A stretch of 31,614 bases of DNA from Mesotaenium endlicherianum (taxonomy: Eukaryota): NCBI GenBank assembly GCA_009602735.1, contig WELA01000805.1, forward strand, positions 62,001 through 93,614. Direction: 5' to 3'. Both the position numbers and the translations under genes were made by a program. Numbering within the stretch: the first letter of the stretch is position 1; every line of letters starts with the position of its first letter. Of the stretch, positions 11,601 to 22,605 are shown piece after piece. The notes beneath the pieces are model-generated. The model worked only from the letters and a program-made list of their open reading frames with translations. It ran no database searches and had not been told where the DNA came from.

Positions 11601-12263
11601 TTGTATCTCCTTGGGAACGGGGCTGCCTTCTTGACTCTCGATGTCTTTCTTGATGTCTTTTGGCGTGATCAAGGCCAAAAGAAGCTCGTGTCCCTTCCTC
11701 ACAAGTCTCTTGAGTTGGAGGGCGGACAATAGTATCTCGTGTGCCGGCTTCTGGATGTCTTGGGTCTGGATATTCTGGATTGCGCGCAAAATACAGATTC
11801 TTGAAGTGATGTCATTCTTGATCTTGATAGTACCGGTCCTCCAATCAACTTGGGGGTTGTGCTTGGTCAACCAAGGCGTCCCTAGGATGACGTCGTACTT
11901 GCCCAATTGCATGGGGGAGAACACTACTCTATCCTTGAAGGACTTGATAGAGAGTGCCAAGGGGTACGTCTTCTTGGAAGGGGTAGTATAGGAGAATCCA
12001 TCGGGCATCATAATCTCCTCGTCGTGGTCAAGAGTTCGCATAGTAATACCGTGCTTGGTGGCAAAATCTGCAGCAATGAAGTTGCCTTGAGCTCCGCTAT
12101 CCACCAAGATGTGGACCTTCTCTCCTCCAAGGTAACCTCTCAAACTCATTGGGGCTGGAACGTCGTCTTCAACGGGGGTCTCCACCTCACTTGGCGTGTT
12201 GCCTTCTCGTGAAGTGGGTCTTGGGGTGGTAGGCTCCTGGCCTACCGGCGCTGTCCGTTTTTT
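8628..12263 (-). CDS. pol: Gypsy pol polyprotein: aspartic protease, RT, RNase H, integrase, chromodomain (entered by -1 frameshift)
   Basis: Uninterrupted ORF with [28 protein letters not shown] zinc motif (HDNLLGGH...CDTC), MDL/DRD/DGRTER catalytic motifs and chromodomain YKVE...[15 protein letters not shown]. Confidence 0.96.
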   Translation of the reverse strand, partial: KKRTAPVGQEPTTPRPTSREGNTPSEVETPVEDDVPAPMSLRGYLGGEKVHILVDSGAQGNFIAADFATKHGITMRTLDHDEEIMMPDGFSYTTPSKKTYPLALSIKSFKDRVVFSPMQLGKYDVILGTPWLTKHNPQVDWRTGTIKIKNDITSRICILRAIQNIQTQDIQKPAHEILLSALQLKRLVRKGHELLLALITPKDIKKDIESQEGSPVPKEIQEVFEDYKEVFSPELPKGLPPKRFVDHKIELEPGSKPISRPTFKMSYTELDEVKKQIKELLEHGFIRPSKSPFGAPVLFVKKKDGTLRMCVDYRALNKITIKNRYPLPRMDELMDRLVGAKYFTKIDFRSGYHQVRIADADIEKTAFRTRYGHFEFMVLPFGLTNAPATFMTMMNTIFQPMLDRFVVVFIDDILIYSKTLEEHARHLKEVLEVLKQNKLFAKESKCEFAKQEVEFLGLHVTADGIKIDPKKTTVVEEWPTPTTKKELQSFLGFANWYRKFIQGFSHIAAPLTDLLKKDRLYTWTEKEEEAFQELKRRLTTSPVLTLPSPNPDWPFHVITDASSYAIGAILLQDQGKGLQPIAYESRKLNPAEQNYTTTEREALAIVHALKVWRCYVEGRKVLVTTDHEALKHLQTQPYLSRRQARWSGYLQQYNITIQYQPGKTNPADPLSRLQLNAVMVSLKTDLEARFSAAYERDPYYKNGEAALDPCKKQEGNYWVRQDTGQRCVPNDLDLRLLLLREAHDNLLGGHFGILRTTGVLARTYCWPGMSKQVKEYCRSCDTCQRIKPSSQKAGGLLQPLPIPERQWTDISMDLIVDLPVTPRGHNAILTVVDRLTKMAHFISTTTKATAPQLARLIFDNIFRLHRLPSRIVSDRDPRFTSHFWKDLFKNLGTSLDMSTAYHPQSDGRTERMNRTLKPSLKAYVSTLEQDWDMYLTPLEFAYNNTTQASIQESPFFVNYGFHPTTPLSFTVGHDEVPAATDFMETFKAALTAAKKALQQAQDAQARVANRFRREITYRVGDNVLLSSKNNNRPAGSKFSPKYLGPFKIIQQVNLVAFKLELPQIMHIGPVFHASLFKPYVQPDKKFPGHVTTPPAPTIVDDHLEYKVEDMMAMRNFRRQQQYLIEWKGYPDSENSWVAAHYLDKVQRKLKRFHAANPHLGPTPSLSTRSPKTSGRQPATIKKQQKTPWRQPARTRKRKIDIRHSSLLAVSG
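12228..12263 (-). promoter_or_regulatory. -1 ribosomal frameshift signal (A AAA AAC plus downstream hairpin)
   Basis: Slippery heptamer at 12263-12257 in the gag/pol overlap, followed 10 nt later by a 7-bp stem GGTAGGC-CAGGA-GCCTACC (12246-12228). Confidence 0.75.
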
Positions 12264-13361
12264 GACAACTTTTTGGGGCATGAAAGTGCACGATGGCCCT
12301 TTTCCTTGCAATAAAAGCATAGTCCAGCCGTCATGAGAGCTTCTTTTTCAGCCGGGGAGAGTCTTGCTTTCACTCCTTGCTGGTTTCTTGCATCATAAGT
12401 GTCATTGGAGGGTCTTCCACTCTTCCGGGCAGCCGCGGGGTCCCTTTTAATAACTCCGATTTCCATGGGTGTGGGTCCAGATTCGGATGTGGAAGGGGCT
12501 GCGTACACCCGCGTCGTCGGTACCCGTGAAGATGAAGGCACGGAGTGCTTGAAATCCAAGGTATCCACCTTTTGGGCCACTTCAATGATCTTTGAGAAGT
12601 CCGTCAAGTCGCGTAATTCCACTTTCTTTGCCACCTTGGGCTTGAGGCCAAAGATGTAGCGGTCAATCTTCTCCTCGAGAGACATGTTGGGGATCTCAAG
12701 AGTGAGGGTGTGAAATCTGGATGTATACTCTTGAACGGGCGTCGTTCGCTTGAGATGGTGGAGCTTTCCTCCGCATTGATGGGCATGAATTGCTTCTTGA
12801 GGGCCTCACGAAAATCTGCCCAATCTTGCACATGATGGTGGGGGCTCTTGGCCGAGCATGGGGTGCCCCATAGCTTGATATATAGCCGCTTGATAGTTAC
12901 GCCACCATGATGTTGCTGCTCCTCTAAGTAAGGTAATAGCAAAGGGGAACGTAGTCCTCCTCGGGTACTTCAAGGAATGCGAGGTACGTCTTCACTTGGT
13001 AGAGCCATAAATTCAGGTTGGCACCTTTCCCGGGGTTGAAAGTGTCGGGTTTGCCGGGCTTGATGAGTTTCCTTGCTCTCGTTGGCTCTTGTGGAGGCGC
13101 TTGAGCCGGGGCTGGATTTTGAGCATTGCTTGCAATAGGGGCAACCATGGCAGCCATAGCTTCTCTTGACGCTTGCACGGTTGCTTCATAGGTGGCCAGG
13201 CCCACTTGGTTGTGGACGGTCATTAGGAAGGCTGCCCACTCATTTGCGGAAACTCCTTGTGGTGGGGTCAACTTTGCTATAGCGGCTGCCACGGGATTTG
13301 ACGGTGCTCCTCCTTGTGGTGCTTCTTGTTGTTGCAGATTTCCTTGAGTGGGCTCTCCCAT
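12242..13361 (-). pseudogene. gag: Gypsy gag, frameshifted
   Basis: KPDTF, LRGAATSWW, W..F...LKKQF, VQEY..RF, PTPMEIG and zinc knuckle [14 protein letters not shown]. Three frame changes are needed, near 12943, 12840 and 12765. Confidence 0.9.
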
Positions 13362-13460
13362 TGACACTGGAGGAGGGTCTCTTGGAGATAAAGTGCTTCC
13401 TTCGAAAGCTTGCTATTGGTCTTGAGGATTGGCCATCTTCTTGTGCTACCAAAGTGCCTA

Positions 13461-13472
13461 GCTCCGATACCA
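13461..13472 (-). promoter_or_regulatory. Primer-binding site (tRNA-iMet type)
   Basis: Minus strand reads TGGTATCGGAGC (canonical TGGTATCAGAGC), 1 nt inside the 5' LTR boundary. Confidence 0.9.
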
Positions 13473-13473
13473 C

Positions 13474-13963
13474 TGTAGTGAAACAGATAGATAAAGTACT
13501 TAGTAAAACATAATACTTTATCTATTCAAGACAAGGATCTTTGAACACAAGTGGTAGCTTCTTGAAAGAGAGATGGCTTCTTGAAAGTTAATATATTTCT
13601 GGATTTTGGCAAGTACAAGAGTGATTCTGGAATGTCTTTCTATGTTCTAGCTCTTGTTTATATACTTGCTAAATAAGTAATTTCTAGGAAGGTGTATGTT
13701 GATGTGTTGGCACCCAACACATCCCAAAACTTGCCACCTCTTTCTAGAATAATGTACACATGTCCTTTTGACCTAAAAATGGCACATTTGACTTTTGCCA
13801 CGTGTCTTTCCTCTAACTTCAAAAATGCCTTAGAAGGTTCAAAAGACATGAACCAAGTCACTAGAGTACCTATTCACACTTGAATCCACGCAATACTACT
13901 CCAAATATATTTGAAAACATTAAAGTATATGCAAACTAATATGTAATAACTCAAATCACTACA
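13474..13963 (-). repeat. Gypsy 5' LTR, 490 bp
   Basis: Termini TGTAGTGA...TCACTACA form a perfect 8-bp inverted repeat, bounded by the PBS and the TSD. TATA-like GTATATAAA on the minus strand near 13660. Confidence 0.92.
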
Positions 13964-13968
13964 GTCGG

Positions 13969-14138
13969 GTCCATGCCATCCGAGAGGCAAGGGAAAAGAA
14001 GGTGGTGACCCACTCTACTGTCAGACGAACTACATGGTGGCAGATGCTCTCACCAAGCCTGTCCCAGCCCCAAAGATAGCCTGGTGTGCTCAGCAGGCAG
14101 GACTTCAGCGCCGCAGCAACAGGAATACTTCTTCTTAA
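13969..14138 (+). pseudogene. Ty1/copia RNase H C-terminus, part 2
   Basis: VHAIRE...YCQTNYMVADALTKPVP continues KHINV from before the gypsy insertion and is followed by a purine tract at 14139-14153. Confidence 0.88.
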
Positions 14139-14475
14139 GAAAGTGAGAGAGAGCGTTGAGTTAGCATACAGTATAAAAACTACTTTCAGAGTGAATTTTA
14201 GAGCAGTTAGGAGCATACTAGAGTAGTTCTTTCAAGAAAGATAGCGAGAATTGTGAGGCAGTTGCTCGCATGCACACTACAGCTGTGCAAAGCTATCTCT
14301 ACACCTGTTAGCTAGCTTAGCGCTATCTGTCTCACTACATGTTGTTGAGTCAGATTGATAAGCCTGTAGACTCAATTGACTACATCGACGATCATTTTAG
14401 TTTCAAAGTCAAAATGAATTCAGAATCATAGCTATCGATCGATTAAAGCAATCTAGTTCACTATTTAAGAGAGAG

Positions 14476-15629
14476 TGTTGAGATAGTGAATAATTAGATG
14501 AATAGTTGCTTTATTTCAATATCGACTTATACACGTGTAAGAGGTCAAACTAACTATGAAGGTTCAGTTGACCCTCTAGTTATGGGATACGCGCGTATCG
14601 GTTGGTTGGCCGCGTAAAACGCGACGTATTTTGGCGTATTCGCTGAATACGTATAATAGGCGAAATAATAATTCAAGTAGATCGACTCCGCTCTTTTCCG
14701 TTCACTTTATTTGTTTTAAATTTCATCAACAATGATTTCACTTCAATCGTAAGACCGCGCACGTATGGGGTACCGGCTCCAACTGACGGACTCGTTTTGA
14801 CATCCGAAATGTTGCAATTTGTTGATTGCTGCAAATGGCGATGATCTGTTTCTTCGAGCCACACTGAGGCACACTCATTGGAACGAGTTTGCTGGCGCAT
14901 GCAAGCGCCAGCAGCAACAACGCGGAACGGCCACACAGGCCCGACCGCACAAAAACAATTATTGTGCTCACGCTCAGCAGCATCAGCATGACGTTATGGC
15001 CATGCAGGGCCAAAAATAAATAGAAAGGAGCCCACTGGGCTCCTTAGCAAAATCGAAGCGGCCACGGGCTAACCGGGCCGTGCGATGACGGTCGTCAGAT
15101 CGGACGGACCAGGAAACATCACACAGGCCCTTGTTGACAAGAAATGACAACTAGGGGTCATGAAAAACCAAGGCGAGTCCCTGGCTCGGTCGACAACAAG
15201 GAGGCCAAAAAGTCCTCGACGCCTGACTCCCCAGCACTCCCGACTCCCGAGTTCTGAAACAACCACTTCCCGCCTAATCGGCTGTGACTGGACCCGACCC
15301 CGTTGTTTTTCCGGTTAGGTTGTCAAATTCAACGAAGTTTGAGCTTCCCACACGCACGACCGGTTTATTTATCAATTTTTCCGTCGACACACGTATTTAA
15401 CACGTTTTACGGCCTGGGTTGACGAAATACGTGTGTACGTATGCGTTTTACGTATACGAGAAAAACGTATCCCATAACTAGGGTTGACCCAGACTCTAGA
15501 CTGAGCAAGTCAACTCAGAGGTTGACCTTGATCAGTGACTACATCTAGATAAGAGTTACTCTCGAAATGTAGATGCTAGGATTTGTCCAATCAGAAACCC
15601 TAGCCAGTCTAGCAGTCATCCTTCTAACA
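14476..15629 (+). repeat. Candidate copia 3' LTR (interrupted by a MITE)
   Basis: Purine tract AAGAGAGAG then TGTTGAG at 14476, and a candidate end TTCTAACA at 15629. An alternative start is 14154. There is no 5' LTR in the window to confirm it. Confidence 0.4.
14575..15482. mobile_element. Non-autonomous DNA transposon (MITE), 908 bp, 8-bp TSD, probably hAT-type
   Basis: TIR (T/C)CTAGTTATGGGATACG at 14575-14591 and 15466-15482, TSD GTTGACCC at 14567-14574 and 15483-15490, and CGTAT-rich subterminal regions. Confidence 0.92.
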
Positions 15630-16199
15630 GCTATGTATTCCTGCAAGTTTCAAGCTGCAGCAATCTTTTGATGAAAGAAAATATGTTGTAAGATATCTCT
15701 CTATGTCTGCTCTCAGCTAGCTGTAAAGAAGAATCTTATTGAGTCCTTGAGCTATGGCTGATCCAGCCTTAGCAGCACAAAAGAGCCACTAGAGTTTGTG
15801 GGCGGCCCATGTGCGTCCAGATGATGACATGCATGTTTCTGTGCTTCCTTGATCTTTGCTTCCTTGCAATTAAAACACTTTCATTCTCTGCTTGCCCGCT
15901 TGTGATACAAAGTCCATTTTGAGAATGTGGAACCCATGAGTAAAGAGAAACCCGGCCAAGGATGGCACCAGTGTATCCTATTGAGAGCTGAACATTAGTA
16001 TGACGTAATCATGCAACCTGTTGGGAGACATGCCCTCTTTTGGTAAGCCCTACACAGTGCACCTTTCTATCCAAGTGTTGCTGGATGTTCATTCCCTCAA
16101 GCCGACTCAAATGTTTCCCTCACATATGGGCGGTCACAACAACCTCTTTAACAGTGAAATGTGATTCTACTTTTAACTTTTGACGCATGGCAGCTTATG

Positions 16200-16435
16200 T
16201 GAGGTGTGGGTTGTGCGTACTTGAATGTGTGCATGTGTATGTGTGCATGAGTGGGTCTGCGTGTTTATGAGCCCGCGTGCCTGTTGTTTGTCACTAGTGC
16301 ATGCGTGTGTGCGTGCACATGTGTGCGCGCCTGCCTGTGCTTGCCTTTGTCCTTGCTACTGAGCATGTGCAATAGGTTGCCCATGCAGGCGTGTCCAGGT
16401 ATGTGTGTGTGTGTATGTGTGTGTGTGGAGTGCGT
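16200..16435. repeat. Degenerate (TG)n-rich tract
   Basis: Many TG runs. Similar tracts lie at ~18670-18790 and ~24085-24225. Confidence 0.7.
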
Positions 16436-16930
16436 GTTGGTCTGTTTGCGCATCGTAGGGTTAGGAACATCGGAGGAGTCTAATGCACTGGCTGTACTTC
16501 GTGCCCAAGAGTCACACTTCACAAAGTTGAGCCTTGAGGCGCATCTGCCCGACATTGGCAATCTCCTTACTCCTTTTTTGATGAGAAAAACTTGGCTCCA
16601 AGGTACTCCATGCACCAATAACTCCCATGTCAGCAAACAGATCCGCATGAAACTTAATTTGAAAGTTGCCACACAGTATGCATAAGCACACTTCGAGTGC
16701 CTCCTCTTCTAAGTGCCCTAAGAGGGCACATACGGCCAATGGTTACTACATGGTGGAGAATTTTATGCTTGTAAGATTCTTCTCTTTGCGAAGTGTCTCA
16801 TGCTATTCCCATGACATGGATTGTGAATGTGTGTTATCTCTTTATTTCTCCGCCGTACATTGTGCATGCTGCTAGTGTATCATGACTGTCTTCATTTCTC
16901 TTTCTCCCTCACACACATACACCCAAGTGC

Positions 16931-17757
16931 ATGTGGCTCATGAAACGTGCGTGGGTTGGTGAGCTGGGGTTTCAGGAGGAGAGAGTGCAAGCTTCAGCAA
17001 GGGAGCTGGAGGAGGAGGAGAAGTGGACCTGGGAGGAGGAGCGGGAGGGAGACCCGCGACGGGCGGGGCAGCAGGGCATGCTGAAGGAGCTGGAGGAGCT
17101 GAAGAGGGCCCTGGGCATCAATGTCTGGATGAGGCCCCAATTCCTGGCAGCGGGTCCACTTGCGGGCGTTGATCTCCACAACATGAGCGCTGCTACGGCT
17201 GCTGCTGCTGCTGCTGCTGGCTCTGCATCATTTGCTGCAGTGCTCGCAGATGCTGCCGACGTTGCTGCAGCGCACGCTGCCGTTTGCACTGCTTCAGCTG
17301 CTTTTGCTGAGACTGCTTAGGCTCAGGTAGCTTGGGCCGCTGCTGCTGCGGCGGCGTCTAGGACCGCTGCCCTCTCGACCAAGGCCGTTGCTGCAGCTGC
17401 CGCTGCGGCTGTGACTATAGCCATTAACACAGTGGCGGTAGCACCTACCGCTCTCAATGCTGCAACCGCGGCTGCTGCTTCTACCGCGGGTTATGCCAAA
17501 GTTTCTAATGAGGCCTTTGTTGGCGCATTTACTGCCAATGCTGCCATCTCCGCGGCTAGTCGTGGGGCTGGCTGCCCAAGATAGTCTTCTTCTACCAATT
17601 TTGGGAGCTAAAACAGCTCCTTAAGGTGGAGGGGCCTGGAGGAAGTTTTGGAGGAGGAGGAGGATCAACGGGGGGAGCAGGAGGGAGGCATGGAAGGAGG
17701 AAGGAAGGGGAGAAGGGAGGCTGCCAGGTGGAAAGGAAGGCAGGGAGGGTGACTTGA
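16931..17757 (+). pseudogene. Disrupted low-complexity ORF (Glu-rich / Ala-rich / Glu-Gly-rich), unknown product
   Basis: One frame keeps GCN and GAG codon bias through in-frame stops at 17318, 17582 and ~17609. Confidence 0.35.
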
Positions 17758-19669
17758 CATAAGAGGTCATTGGAAGGTGGCAGTGACAAATGCTCCTACC
17801 CGGCTTATGTGGCAAGGAGCTAGAGGAAGTAACTCTGCATGTTTATGGCATACCCTGTCCTTTGCACCAGCATGCGAGCGGATATGCAGATGTAAACAAG
17901 TTGCAAGGCGCCCGTCGGCGCTACGGGTTTTTTTTGAAAACGAGGAGACAATTTTTGTGATTGGCTGGAGGAGCTGGCCAGAACTCTTGTAGAGAGGGGC
18001 AGGTCAAGCTAACCCGATGGCTCTCCGAATGTTGGTCATTTTCTCCTACTCAACGATGCATGCTTGCCCCAAGCTGGCAAGCACAATGTACACAACAATA
18101 AAGTGCACAGCTTCACCCCTTAAGGTTGAGGGAGCTGGAGGGAGTTGCCGCATAGGAAGCAGATTAAGGGCATGCACCCTAGCCTTAGCTAACATAGGGG
18201 AGGGATGTAATAGTGGTTTTGTCAAAATGAGTTGTGAGGTGTAATTTATCCAATTATAATGTTGAAGTATGTTTTCTCAGGCCTTTGGAATAAATAAAAA
18301 ATGCAAGACATTTGACATGCCTCACTTGGTTGCTCATTCCACTGTGTGATTTTAACAGTGGAGTGTAAGCTCATTGTCTTGGAAGTTGACGAAATCTTTC
18401 CTTGTCCATTAGATAAGTATTTACCTTGAGTTTAGACCGAGGAATTAACCGAGAGTCTTGATGTCACACACTGCTCTCGTAAAAGGCTGAAATGCTACGA
18501 GCTGATTCTTGCTCAGAGCGTTTTTGGAGTCAGAGCCGAACGCCGCAACAAGAGCTACTTGATGTGCCAAATTAGCTTCGCGAAATCTTCTTACACAAAA
18601 AACTTACTTTACACCTCTCGTTGTCGGTACACTTGTGGATGTATTAGATCTTTGAGAGTGAGAATGGGCGTGTAGTATGTGTGTGCGCGTTTGTGTGCAC
18701 GGTGCGTGCTTGTGTAGGTGTCTGAATGTTTCTGCAGAAATTGGTGTGTGTGTGTCTCTGTGTGTGGGTGCGTGTGTGTGTATGTGTGGGTTGTTTTGTA
18801 GGTGACGAGCGGGATGCATGGGCGTGCATGCGTGCGCTTGTAACAGCGGCGCGCGGGAGATGACTATAATACGGCAGCCGCCGCACCCTGTCCCTAACTG
18901 TGCGAGCCTGCCCCCTATGCTCTGCACTGCCACATTGCTTGCTTGCACTTGGCTCTTTGTGCTCCATGCCTTCCAGTGAGGCCCCGGCACATGCTCGCCC
19001 ACATGGTGCCAAGTGGTGCGCAAGCCGCGGAGCATGCGCACGCAGCCAAACGGTCTGGTGCCCCAGGACCCCGTGAGTCGTGACGTTGCAGGGACCCACA
19101 GAGCCTGACCCCCCTTGGGGAAGGGGAAGACAGCAGCCACGTGCGTGCAGTTGCCACTAACCCCAACACCCCCAGAGGTGATGGATGTTAGACATCTCAA
19201 TGACCAGAAATTTGCAATCCAAACCCTAATTACACCTATCATTTCTGCCCCTTGGTCTCTGCCCCCTCCCTCTGCCCCCTGCCCCTACTCCATCCGGATG
19301 GTGCGCAAGCGTGTGTTGGCGGTAATAGCCGTCACCCGTGCCTGCACCTACTTGCCCAATGTGCCAAGATCCATAAACCCTTCCTTTGCCACCCGTCCCC
19401 TGCCATCCTGCACCCTGTCTCCTGTCCCATCTCCCGGCTCCATGTGCCTTTGTCCCCTCTCCTTTGTCCCCTGCCCCATCTCCCTGTCCCCTGTGCCACC
19501 CGGCTGAAGTGCAGGAGCCCACGTAGACAGTTGCGGCCTATGCTGAGTGCATTAAACCCTAATAGCCCCAGGGCTTATCCTTAAAGTTTGCCTCCTTGGA
19601 ACTTTGCAAATCCCGACGAGGACGCGCGCTACTGACAGGCATCGGTGACGCCGCTGGTGTCGCTAGCGC

Positions 19670-19720
19670 TCAGCAGCAGCAGCAGCAGCAGTGACAGCAG
19701 CAGCGGCTGCAGCGGCGGCA
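19670..19720. repeat. (CAG)n microsatellite
   Basis: Direct CAG/CGG repeats. Confidence 0.7.
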
Positions 19721-21760
19721 AGACTGGGAGACCTCTGGCAGCCGTAATCTGAAAACACGTGTTCTCCAACCCCTCTCCACCCCACGCAGTTGTACCCTGC
19801 TAGTTGACTTCTCTTGGTCAGTATTGCTAGCTCTCAATGACGTGATCCATCCTTTAGGCTTTCTAGCTTCTTTTGGGCGCGCTGCGCGGGAAACCCAAGA
19901 CCCGTCTTAGGCCTCTCCCAAAGTTCCGCCTCTACCCCTGGAGCCCCGCCCTGCAGGCCCACTTGCATGACAATTGACCCATAAACCCAAACCTAATATC
20001 GCTGTTGGGCCTGGAAGCCAGACCTAAATCGACCTCCCCAAAACTCAAAAGTGGGCCCCGGCTTGACAGGGCGGGCTTAGGGCTTATTGCCCGCCCCCCC
20101 GACCTGATAAACCTCAAATCCTAATCTCATTCGTCCTTTCCCCCAGGGCCAGGCCCCTTCAACCTCCGTGGGTGGTTCTTCCATTGAGGGACAGACAAAA
20201 TGGATGCTAATCTGAATTATTGCACGAATAAGAGAAGTCAGGTGCGCAACACAAAGAGCGAGACCCCTCGCACTGCCTGACTGAAAGTGGGATGTTTTGA
20301 CGGGCCATAGCTTGCACCAAGGGCGGGGAGCACCACCTGCTGCTTGAAAGAAACACTCGCCGGGCATCTCTTCAATCATGTATGCTCAAGGAAATGGTTT
20401 GTCAGAAAATAGTATGTTTGAGAAAAAACTCAGATCAGGATTGACCATAGTGATATAGACCGTAAATTTGAAAGGCACGTAGAATTTGAGTTACTCACAA
20501 TCACACATAGACGCCTTCAGACGGCCTCTTAACAGCCCCGGCTATTTTGTAGTCAGTGGTGTCTTCAAATCTCTTTCAATCCAGCAGGAGGGACACAAGT
20601 GGGGCCTGGAGGAGGCTGGAGGAGGGCGGGACGCTCAGTGAGCCTCTATTTTTTCTCTCTTGCTAGAAGAAGGGGCACATTTAAGGTGCAGTGGACCTTA
20701 GAGAATGCAAGCCATGAAGTGAATCTTGAAGTCATCATTAAACTCGCACTTTGACGTTGATTTCAAGGAGCAGGATTTGCAGTGCAGTGCAAGGCTGCGG
20801 TGCCAATTACTATGGGGCAAGAAGGTCGATCGATCCCCGCCTATCCTCCCTGCATCTCTCCTCAACCTACACCAACCACCCCAAACCCCTGATATCCTGA
20901 TGTTGTGTTGCTATAGCAAGGGAGCCACCAAGGGTTGTCCATGGTGGTCCCATCCATGCGGAGCTTCTGACCTTGCACGTGGCTTTAGAGGAACGGGAAG
21001 AGCTGGTGCAAGGAAGATTGTACAGAGAACGAAGCCCAATGGTATCCAAGACCGCCAAAGTTGGTCAATGTGGGCCAGTACATTTTAGACCAATACATTT
21101 TGGACTGAACTAACAATCAAGGTCCAATGAATATAGTACGAAAAGGCATTGCTGTGCATGAGCCCCCTGGTATAGAGCAGACAACCTTTCAGTAATTAAT
21201 ATTTAAAATATTTTCCCCTCGTTTTTGTTATCTGTCAATACGCCCATATTAATGGTTGCTCATAAGATTCCCCGTTCCAAATCTACTGGCCAATTTGAAA
21301 TTCCGCAGGCAGGAAAAAGTAGTAAATTGAGATTAGCTGGCGTTGCTAGGTATGCGTAAACAGGTTGGAATCCAATATCTTTTTCTCCCATTATGAACAT
21401 TATAGCGGCCAGGATATGTGGCAACGAATGCAAAGATTGTACGCATGCGTTGCTTATCATGCTTGTATGCATCCTGAAAATTGATGGGTAATTGCTGCAG
21501 ATCTGCTAAGAGCTTTGCTTTCTGCTGTTGTGTAAAGCACTAGAAATTGCAGCTTCAGCAGTCTAGTCTAGCTCAATTAAGCTCAGCTTGCATAGGATCG
21601 TCGAAGATATATAAGAGCTTGAGTAGGCACTCGTTCTTACAAGCTAGCCAATGAATTAAGTTTCCACCTAAATTGTTGGCCGTCATAGTTTACCTTTTCG
21701 ATTCTGACGGTCAACGTCTGGGACGTCAAAATGTGGAGTGATCATCTGAACGACAACTCA

Positions 21761-22605
21761 GGCCCAGTTTACAGTGGGCAGATCGATAGCGACTTAATTG
21801 ATTGAAAAGTACGAACCGGTACCTGCAGGTACATTTTCAATTTGAGCGCAATGAAAGTGCTGTTTACAGTGGTCTTTAGGCGCGACGTGATTGATTGAAG
21901 TTGGTAAAAACATTGATTGAACTTTGTGGTTTCAATCAATCAAACTCGGATTTTCAAACCTGCTCTCGAGCAGGTTTGAGAATCTGAGATGTGTTCGACC
22001 CCTCGAATGACCCCTCCTCGACGATCACTCAATCGACAAGGACTGTCGGTATTAGGTAGGGGATGCAAATAAGGATGTACTCATGGTGTACTTTACTTTT
22101 TTTGGCAACGATTTCGGGACGACAAGGAGTAGAGAAAAAAATACAGCGTTCACCAAGTTTCTACACTTAACATTCGTCTGAACCCATCGCATATGTATAC
22201 TGGTAACCCTCCCTCGCTGTTTGGGAAATGCCAATACAATAGTTTCTATTGCATGAGCAGGCTATGGTGTATTTATGTTCGCGGCTGTTCGCGGCTGGTG
22301 AGGATGTGAGGTTTCGGCACCCAAAGGTCATTTTTTAAGAGCAAGATGCACGATGCACGATGTTAAAATATGATTTCTGAGGTCTGACCGAGCCCGGAAA
22401 TTACGCGGAGACGAACCGCGACATTATGTGGAGGGGATTTTACCATTTCCCTCAATCAATTTGTGCCTGTGCACTGTGAACGCTTTTTTGTTTAGCTGTT
22501 TGAAACTTGGTCGTCTATTTTGTCTTCGTCGCTTCGATCTCGTAATTTTCAATCCCGCAATTCGCGTTGATCAATTAAGTGCCTGTGGCCACTGTAAACT
22601 GGGCC
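21761..22605. mobile_element. PIF/Harbinger-type (Tourist-like) MITE, 845 bp
   Basis: Perfect 17-bp TIR GGCCCAGTTTACAGTGG (21761-21777 / 22589-22605), 3-bp TSD TCA, and a second inverted pair ACTTAATTGAT (21792-21802 / 22570-22580). Confidence 0.9.

Larger units (their letters stand above)
7826..13963 (-). mobile_element. Ty3/gypsy LTR retrotransposon (chromovirus), 6138 bp, nested in copia RNase H
   Basis: 5-bp TSD GTCGG at 7821-7825 and 13964-13968, terminal repeats, tRNA-iMet PBS, gag, and PR-RT-RH-IN-chromodomain order. Confidence 0.95.

Noticed and set aside
8790..12659. Plus-strand and alternative-frame ORFs overlapping gag/pol
   Set aside because: Shadow ORFs of the retrotransposon coding region with no independent motifs.
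18604..19584. ORFs of 84-212 aa
   Set aside because: Derived from (CA/TG)n and TGTCCC low-complexity tracts, with no recognisable domain or consistent splice model.
19930..20160. Site II (TGGGCY)/telo-box promoter
   Set aside because: The motifs are partial and no adjacent gene could be identified.
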